NCBI GenBank assembly: GCA_010093745.1
Contig: MU005967.1
Span: 62,001 to 126,000, forward strand
Source of the DNA: Piedraia hortae CBS 480.64
Lineage: Eukaryota
DNA: 64,000 nucleotides
Reading direction: 5' to 3'
Both the position numbers and the translations under genes were made by a program. Positions 56,225 through 64,000 of the stretch are shown one piece after another. A model generated the notes under the pieces. The model was not told the DNA's origin, made no database searches, and was given only the letters and a program-made list of their open reading frames with translations. Position 1 is the stretch's first letter. Every line of letters begins with the position of its first letter.

Positions 56225-58139
56225 ATGTCCGGCTCAGCCAAACATTTTGCGAGTTCAGTAATTGACAAAAAATACGCCGTTACAAAGAAACTCGCAGAGG
56301 CATTCAAAATCCCCATCAAGACATGGGACCAGGCTCGCGTCCGCAAGGGCTGGGAGTTGGGCGCCGGCGTAGAAGTTGTCAGCAAAAAACTTTGCGGTGT
56401 GCATCATGCAATCTTTCGACATATCTGGTTACTAATCAATACGCACAGATGACATTATCCAGTACCTATCTCCATCACTTAAAGAGTACAAAGGATGTAC
56501 GATAATAGATGTCCATCCGGGTGCCTGTGTGTGGTCACAGCAGCTCCACGAGTACTTGAAACCTACCCGACATTTATTAATGGAGCCGGATGAGCACTAC
56601 TACAAGCCATTTATTGAACCATTGTTAAAGAAACCCCGTTCAAAGTACCGACATACCAAACTGAGCGGAGCAGACTGGTTCGAGCTGTGGAACAACCACC
56701 GCAAAGTCTACGCTGATGACAAATTGGCTCCGGTTCCCGCACTTCCAGCGGGTGATCCCAAGCTAAAGGAGCCTAATAAAAAGGTCCTCATGGTAGCCAA
56801 TCTCGCGCGGTACTACCAAGTTCACAAGCGTTCAAACTACACACCGTTCGACGCCCTCTTTATGCAGGAAATGATTGAATCCTCTTTATTCAACGAACTA
56901 ATCCACCAAGGCGGCCTAGTACGCATGTTATTCTGGGTATCCGAGAACTCGCGCAAAAGCAAGCTCTTCCCCGTAGGCGAACACTGGCGAACAGCCACCC
57001 TCGCCCAATTAAGCGTCGCCGCAACCATCAACGAAGTAGCGGGCACGGCATCAGCCTACAACCCCGACGCAGGCTGGAACACGGATAAACGCGGCCACCG
57101 CCGGATCATCCCCAGCCTAACTGCCGTCTCATTACAAAACATCCACCATTCTGGCGAGCGACTTGGCATGCAACTCCCCAAAGGCCGCAAATATCTCGAC
57201 CATGCGGACCTCAAAACCACCCCCAAAGAAATCATCTCCCCTCTTACATCCCTCTACACAACCCCCACCCAACTCCAGCACGAAATATCCAACTCCCAAT
57301 CCCGCCTCGAAGTCCTAAAATCCACAATCCTCAACCTCACCTCCCTCAAACGCGAAGCAATCCTCCTCAAAAAGAAAACCCTCGAAAAAACCCTAGTGTA
57401 TCCGCAATCGCAATGGATAGTCCACGACATCGCGACCTCCCGCTCGCGAACCCTAATCCTCTGCATCGACATGTCCTTGCGCATCATCAAACTCGAAGCA
57501 AGCTACAAACACCTAACCGAGACCCACCCCAACGAACCCACCCTATCTGACCTCAAATCATCAATCCTAACCCTCAATCAATCCCTCAACAACCTCATCT
57601 CCACACAAGCAACCCACCTCCAGAACCAATTCTCCAACCTCATATCCGCGCAACTAAGCATCTTCTCCACCCCGCCAATCCAGCCCCTCGACGCACGAAC
57701 CTACCTCCCTATCAAATCGAATCCGAAAGAGTTTTGGCCGCCGGGGGAGATGATGTTAGTCGATGTAATCCCCAAACCGGTAGAGCTATCTGTTCCGCAG
57801 CTCTCCGATGCGAGGAATGCTGCCCGCGTAGCGAGTGTGCTGACGTGCGCGATGTTTCTCAACTCGAGACATTCGGTTGTGTTTGCGTTGGAGAGATTAG
57901 CCCCAAATGCGAGTAGGGATTTGGTGGATAAGGTCCCGTCGTTGACGGATCCGAGGGTCGGGGGGAGGTTGGACCCCCAGTGTGTGATGGTTAGGCAGTT
58001 GACCCCACAGATGGTGGAGGATCTGACCAAGGCGTGGATTGAGTGGCCTTTTAGACCGAGTTTGGTGGATGTTGAGTTGGCGGCGCAGGGGGGTTCATCT
58101 GCTGGGGAAGAGGGGGAGGAGGAGGAGGAGGAGGAGTAG
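56225..58139 (+). CDS. MTF1: Mitochondrial transcription factor Mtf1-like (rRNA methyltransferase fold); 2 exons
   Basis: Intron 56397-56448 gives LCDDIIQYL..GCTIIDVHPGACVWS..KPTRHLLMEPD; GLVRMLFW and WIEWPFRP motifs. Start codon uncertain. Confidence 0.8.
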
Positions 58140-58261
58140 TAGATATCATAAGATATGGATGTTTCTCTGCTCGTAACATGTCAAGGATTTTGATTCAGGA
58201 GACGATTGCGTTGCATACCGCATAGAGGGAAGGGGAAAGTTGATGATGGGAGGGTCTCAGG

Positions 58262-60351
58262 CTACTCACCCTCACCCTCCATCCCCCTCAAATCCTCGCC
58301 AATCAATTTCGTAATCTCATTAAAATGCACCCCAAGCATCTCCCCCGCCGAGTCAACATACGTCTGCTTAACAATCCCAAACTTCCTGCGAGGTTTCCTC
58401 CCAACCTCATCCCAGTAGAGATGCGACCGTAGGAGGTAAACCAGCGAGTGGGTAAAATACCAAGACGTCAGTTCATGAACTGTATCGGACTTGCAGCTTG
58501 TGATAGGCAAATCGTCCATGATAGAGATTACCATTCCGATCTCGGACATGGCGAGATGGGGGTTACGTCTGATCCAGGATGTCATGGCCGGGTGGGCAAT
58601 GTTGGTGCCTAGCATGAAGACTCGGGAGGGGGCAGTGTAGCTGACAAAGTCCTGCCAGACGCGGTCGAGCCATTCCTCGGCGCGATCGGCGCGGGTGCGG
58701 GTCGTGTTGTGGGCGGAGGAGTCGGTGGGTCGTGAGGAGCTGATGTCTACGACTGAGATGTTGTGCATGATGGCCCAGGTAATGTAGGCGTGCATGGGGT
58801 CGTCCTTTTGGAAGGTTAGTGGGTGGATGGGTGGGTAAGAGGGGGGGACGTACAAGCCAGGTGGTTTGGGGTTCGACTCGGCCGGTGTTGGGGTTTGGGT
58901 CGTAGGATAGTCTGGGAGGCTCGTGGAGGATCATGAGTAGGGGGCGGGAATCTTGCATATCCGGCCTGTTAATGGTTAGATGGGGGTGGTTGTTTGATTG
59001 TTAAGACTTACGTTGCAAGGACGGAATTGTCGTCTGTGGGGGCTCCGCTGAGGTGGACAGGAGACATGTTGTACTTGTCTTTGTAGGTTTGTGCCTGCCA
59101 TCCTCGTATGATGGTTTGAAGATTGGTTGTTCGTGGATACGAAGAGGGTATAGATTGGAAGCAGGACCAATATTTGCTCTGTTCCTCTACAACCAGTCGT
59201 ACATCTTCTACTGCGCTCCATGAGTAATTCATTTGTCCCATACGTGGGGGCGGGTCTCCCATCAATGTGCGGGCCACAGCGCAGGCTGACCTGGAAATGG
59301 AGTCGAGGTTGTAGCCACCTTCCAAACATGCCACCACACGACCCTCGGCAAGTGACATGAGCAAATATGTCATCTGGGCATACCCAGCCGGGGTGACGTG
59401 GCATCTGCCCAATGCATCTCCATCCGCGGCATCGAATCCAGCTGCGATGATGACGAGATCGGGATTGAATTCTGTAGCAATGGGCATGACGGCTCTTTGG
59501 AAAGCGTAGAAGTAGTCGGCATCGCCCATTCCAGCCTTTCGCCAGGGAATATTTACGTTTTTCCCTTTGCCAAGCCCGCTTCCACAGTGCAAGTGATCAC
59601 CGAAATTCTTTCGTCCGTCTCTGTATGATTCCTCTGGATAAAACCTTCCGTTCTCATGAACATGTATAGATATGTACAGCACATTGGGATCTTCGTAGTT
59701 GTGCAGCTGGATGCCATTACCGTGATGAACATCCCAATCTAGAATCAACACCTTTTTGCACGACGGACCAAATTCTTTTTGGCAGACCTTCGTAGCGATG
59801 CTGACATTATCGTAAATGCAAAACCCCTTGACTTCCTCTTCTTCGGCGTGATGCCCAGGGGGTCTTATCACGGCCATTGCATTCCTCAGGTCACCCGACA
59901 TGACAGCTCGACAGGCTTCAATGGCCCCACCGGCCGAAAGAGACGCACAGACTGGCGTGTTAGGACAAACATACACAGACTCTGGACGGTAACCCTCATG
60001 CTGCTCAATGTACGCGAGCTCTTCAGGTGTCTTGGAGCTCAATGACTGAACCCAATCCCAATGACGCTTAGTGTGCACCAAACAAACTTCGTCCATCTTC
60101 GCCGCGCGAACGGGCACACGAATCATGAAATGATCTGAATTTAAGGCCGAACCTTCCTCCAGAGCCAAACCGGCATCGACCAGACCTTTGAATATTGCCC
60201 AGATTCGTCGGGGATCCTCGGGATGCACTTCTCTTTCGTTGGGCAAGGGCTCGACATGGAAACGCATCCGTACATCATATACGAGCCCTGTTTTGCCTAA
60301 CCCATGTTGGGATCTCGTTAGGCTTTGAGTGTAGGGTGATGAATCATTCAT
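58262..60351 (-). CDS. HDA1: Class II histone deacetylase Hda1/Clr3 with Arb2 domain; 3 exons
   Basis: HPEDPRRI, RPPGHHA, DWDVHHGNG, AGFDAADGD and LEGGY motifs; introns 59011-58966 and 58853-58805. Confidence 0.94.
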
Positions 60352-61056
60352 CTTGGCTTAGACTGCTTATCGTTTTGTTGGTATGCAGAAACTATCTCAA
60401 GCAGTTGTTGAAACTGGCGGATTACTTTCCGCGTGTACAAAGAAAGCCTCGTGGTTTGTAGGATGCAGCTGTCAGGACCTGGCAGCGGAAGCAATTCCGA
60501 TTTCAGACTACTAAAAGATGATCAGAGCAAGCAGAGTCATTGACAGTGAGTGATGGAGCTGTCTATCGTTCATACCAAGTTTCTACGCCTTCTATGGGAG
60601 GTTTCACGATTAAATTAGGTCGTGAAAGCGTCTGGAGGTTGTCACGGAACGTTTCCGCGCTATGTAGCCACCCAGTTTCAAGCCGGCCACAATCAGGCAT
60701 CAAATCAACGATTGTACATAGTTGCTTCGAAAGGTATAAACCGGGCTCATTCAAACTTCAGTAACAGATCTCTGTTGAGCTCTTTAAATTTGGGTCTTTA
60801 CATGTCAGCATCGAGACACCAAGCGACAAGATGCTCACAGCATTCACACTGCATCGTACATCGATGAGCGCTGAAAATGTGAAGATGTATGTAGTTAGGT
60901 GGCGTAGGGCCAGGAGACTATAGCGAACTTGGGCTATCCAGATGTTGAATTCCACCGTTCCAGTCAGCTTCTCCCTCCACAGTTGCTTGAGACAGAACGC
61001 CCAGGCTTATTGTGTCACGTCCCCACTCCTTTGACCTTCTTTTGTGACAAGACTGC

Positions 61057-61129
61057 TACCATGAAGTCGATTGATTCCCCACCATGAAAACGAATATCAT
61101 AGCCCCACCATGAAGTGACTTTGACGTCA
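61057..61129 (+). promoter_or_regulatory. Triple ACCATGAA repeat forming chained uORFs, plus a CRE site (TGACGTCA), upstream of SHM2
   Basis: Micro-ORFs at 61061-61087, 61084-61113 and 61110-61118; TGACGTCA at 61122-61129. Confidence 0.55.
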
Positions 61130-61185
61130 TTTGTTCAAATTAATTTTTTTTTGAGGTCCCACATCCACTTCACAACCACATCAAA

Positions 61186-62634
61186 ATGTCCACCAACGGT
61201 TACGGAAAGCTGCCAGCAGGCTATTCCCTGCCAGAATCCCATGCAGACCTCATGCATAAATCTCTCGTCGATACCGACGCAGAGATTGCAGACATCATGC
61301 AGAAGGAAATCAAGCGACAGCGCGAGTCCATTTTGCTGATTGCCTCTGAAAACGTAACTTCTCGAGCAGTTTTCGACGCCCTAGGGTCGCCTATGAGCAA
61401 TAAGTACTCTGAGGGTTATCCCGGAGCTCGTTATTATAATGGAAACCAGTTTATTGACCAGATAGAGTCCATGTGCCAGAAGAGAGCCCTGGAGACTTTC
61501 CACTTGGATCCCGAGAAATGGGGAGTCAACGTGCAGAGTCTCAGCGGTAGTCCCGCCAATCTCCAGGTTTATCAGGCTATCATGCGTCCACATGACCGTC
61601 TGATGGGTCTGGACCTGCCTCATGGTGGCCATCTGAGCCATGGATACCAGACTCCAACCAAGAAGATCAGTGCTGTGAGCACCTACTTTGAGACGTTCCC
61701 TTACAGAGTCAACCTCGAGACTGGATTGATTGACTATGACGAGCTGGAGAAGAACGCGTTGATGTACAGGCCAAAAGTGCTTGTAGCAGGGACCAGTGCG
61801 TACTGCCGGGAAATTGACTACAAGCGTATGCGTGAAATTGCGGATAAGGTGGGATGTTACCTGATGATGGACATGGCCCACATTTCGGGTCTGGTTGCAG
61901 CTGGAGTGAACAAGTCTCCCTTTGAATATGCCGACATTGTAACAACTACAACGCACAAGTCTCTTCGTGGACCTCGCGCGGCCATGATCTTCTTCCGCAA
62001 GGGTGTGCGGAAGACGGAGATGAAGGGCGGCAAGGAAGTTCAGGTCATGTATGACCTTGAAAACCCCATCAACTTTTCCGTCTTCCCCGGTCACCAAGGC
62101 GGGCCGCATAACCACACCATTGCTGCCCTCGCCGTAGCTTTGAAGCAGGCCCAATCGCCAGAATTCAAACAGTACCAGCAGCAAGTCATCAAGAACGCAA
62201 AGCAGCTGGAGAAGTCGTTTACCAACATGGGCTATACGCTCGTCACAGGTGGAACAGACAACCACATGGTTTTGTTAGACCTGAAGCCTCTAGGCCTAGA
62301 CGGTGCTCGTGTCGAGGCTGTCCTCGAAGAAGTCAACATCACCTGCAACAAGAACACCACGCCCGGTGATAAATCAGCCTTGACGCCATGCGGCATTCGC
62401 ATCGGAGCCCCAGCTATGACCTCCCGCGGCATGGGCGAGAAGGACTTTGATCGCATTGCGGGGTATATCAAACGTTGCATCGAGCTGACGCAAGATATCC
62501 AGAAGAGTCTCCCCAAGGATGCGAACAAGCTCAAGGATTTCAAAGCGACGGTTTCCCAAGGGAACAGTGAGGAGCTGAAGAAGCTCAAGGATGATATTGC
62601 GGCGTGGGCGGGGACGTTCCCTCTGCCGGTTTAG
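61186..62634 (+). CDS. SHM2: Serine hydroxymethyltransferase, cytosolic
   Basis: [26 protein letters not shown] and [12 protein letters not shown] motifs; no mitochondrial presequence. Confidence 0.97.
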   Translation: MSTNGYGKLPAGYSLPESHADLMHKSLVDTDAEIADIMQKEIKRQRESILLIASENVTSRAVFDALGSPMSNKYSEGYPGARYYNGNQFIDQIESMCQKRALETFHLDPEKWGVNVQSLSGSPANLQVYQAIMRPHDRLMGLDLPHGGHLSHGYQTPTKKISAVSTYFETFPYRVNLETGLIDYDELEKNALMYRPKVLVAGTSAYCREIDYKRMREIADKVGCYLMMDMAHISGLVAAGVNKSPFEYADIVTTTTHKSLRGPRAAMIFFRKGVRKTEMKGGKEVQVMYDLENPINFSVFPGHQGGPHNHTIAALAVALKQAQSPEFKQYQQQVIKNAKQLEKSFTNMGYTLVTGGTDNHMVLLDLKPLGLDGARVEAVLEEVNITCNKNTTPGDKSALTPCGIRIGAPAMTSRGMGEKDFDRIAGYIKRCIELTQDIQKSLPKDANKLKDFKATVSQGNSEELKKLKDDIAAWAGTFPLPV

Positions 62635-62884
62635 AAAAGTTTTTGAGTGGAGTTTTCAACATGTAACGATAGCCATGTAGTGTACGAGGAGCTTAACCTC
62701 CTTGAAGGGGATATCATCAAACCAAAATTGTACGTTCGGTAGAAGATCTACATAACTGTGGATGGATGTCAACCACGCGGGGAACCATATCAGTCCTAAC
62801 CCTAAGAACCATCCCCCGTTGGCGGACATCAGGTCAAGTGCGGTCACTTGTCATCGACCCATCCATCAGGAAAGAAGAGGAAAA

Positions 62885-64000
62885 ATGCCTCCTCGGTTGC
62901 TTTACATTGCATCAAAACCACCAATCTCGATCTCCCAACCACAATGTTGTCTCTACCTCCTCTCAACTACTTCCAAAGGCCCCAAGAACCGCATTTCCAG
63001 ATTTAGAGCCTCACTAGGACCCAGAACGGTGCACTCCGCGAAATTCTCATCCATCACATCCAAACTAAATCCCGGGATATCTCCCAGAAAAAACACCAAT
63101 GCACCACAACCCGGAAAACCCCTCCCCTCAAGAGATGTAGAGGAAGAATACACCCCCAAATCCGCCCTCCTCTACACCACTCACTCTTCATCCCTCCCCC
63201 CCTCCGCAGACGTAAATCCTCCGAGGAGTTTATATCCTCCACCCCTCGTCCTCCCCCGTGAGGGCGGCAGCCGGATCATCCGATTATATGGACTTGGAAG
63301 GGCATACGCGAAATTCTACGTCCTGGGGGTGAAAGCTGTTTGGTTTAATTGGAAGGCTGCGAAGGTTATTAGGGAACGGTTGAGGGGGAAGGGCGGGCCA
63401 AGCGGTAGCAAGCTTAGGGAGAGCAGACGTCAAACGGGACGGGAGGACGGATCCCAAAAAACTCCATCGCTAAAACCCTCCATCAACAGCAAAAGACCCA
63501 ATCAACAAAAAGGGATAAAAGAGACTCCTCACTTTCCTCGCAGCATGGATGTGATGCCCGGCGGATCCCTCCCCCAAAGGTTGAACCTAACCCGCAGCGA
63601 AAACCTCATCCTCACCCTCTCTGCGCGGGATGTGGGTAAACTTCCCCTCTTCGCCCTCCTGGCATTAATATTCGGGGAATGGCTCGCCTTAATTGCGCCC
63701 TTCATAACCGGCCTCGTGCCGTCAACCTGTCTCTTACCCGCACAAATAAACTCCATCCGGGAGAAGAACCGGTTGAGGAGGGTACATGCCTTTAGGGATG
63801 GGGTCGTTGAACCTACGATATCTGTGGGACCTGATGAGGTTGCGGAGGTTGCGGAGCTGAGGGGGCCTGCAGCATCCGATCCTCCGCGGAAAGATTGGGC
63901 GACCACAGAACGCTCGGTTCTGCAAAAGCTGGTTTCGGAGATGAATAGAGAGCAGCTGTATTTTCTGTCACGGGTCCTGGCACTACACGGCCATTCCTGG
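62885..64000 (+). CDS. LETM1-like mitochondrial membrane protein, truncated at the 3' end by the window
   Basis: Frame from ATG 62885: basic presequence, VNPPRSLYPPPL, GRAYAKFYVLGVKAVW, LTRSE..RDVGKLPLFALLALIFGEW..VPSTCLLPAQ. Confidence 0.75.
   Translation, partial: MPPRLLYIASKPPISISQPQCCLYLLSTTSKGPKNRISRFRASLGPRTVHSAKFSSITSKLNPGISPRKNTNAPQPGKPLPSRDVEEEYTPKSALLYTTHSSSLPPSADVNPPRSLYPPPLVLPREGGSRIIRLYGLGRAYAKFYVLGVKAVWFNWKAAKVIRERLRGKGGPSGSKLRESRRQTGREDGSQKTPSLKPSINSKRPNQQKGIKETPHFPRSMDVMPGGSLPQRLNLTRSENLILTLSARDVGKLPLFALLALIFGEWLALIAPFITGLVPSTCLLPAQINSIREKNRLRRVHAFRDGVVEPTISVGPDEVAEVAELRGPAASDPPRKDWATTERSVLQKLVSEMNREQLYFLSRVLALHGHSW

Overview
Gene-dense eukaryotic DNA from a filamentous ascomycete (Pezizomycotina). 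The very short GT-AG introns (mostly 42-52 nt, with CTAAC/CTGAC-type branch sites) and tiny intergenic gaps point to a streamlined genome. The window holds about 30 mostly housekeeping genes: NDUFB9, a divergent biotin pair bioF/bioDA, GUP1, ARP4, NUP159, PUP1, histone H1, a tyrosine phosphatase, UNG1, MDM35, RRP6, SDHAF3, MTQ2, eIF2A, PMT1, PRP21, POL2, COX20, AMSH, MTF1, HDA1, SHM2 and a partial LETM1-like gene, plus one tRNA-Gly(GCC). The most unusual items are: (1) an intronless, secreted, bacterial-looking clan GH-A glycoside hydrolase broken only by two in-frame stops, one at the expected conserved Trp; (2) a chain of three ATGA-overlapping micro-ORFs (two ending Pro-Pro-stop) upstream of SHM2; (3) a long hairpin-forming intron in SDHAF3; (4) tandem MCB boxes inside a histone H1 intron; (5) a promoter motif (TGCTAGCGT) shared by three promoters; (6) a decayed DUF3505-like/Ty3-gypsy island; (7) alternating C-rich and G-rich blocks through coding DNA. 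All gene identities come from motif recognition by eye, with no database searches.
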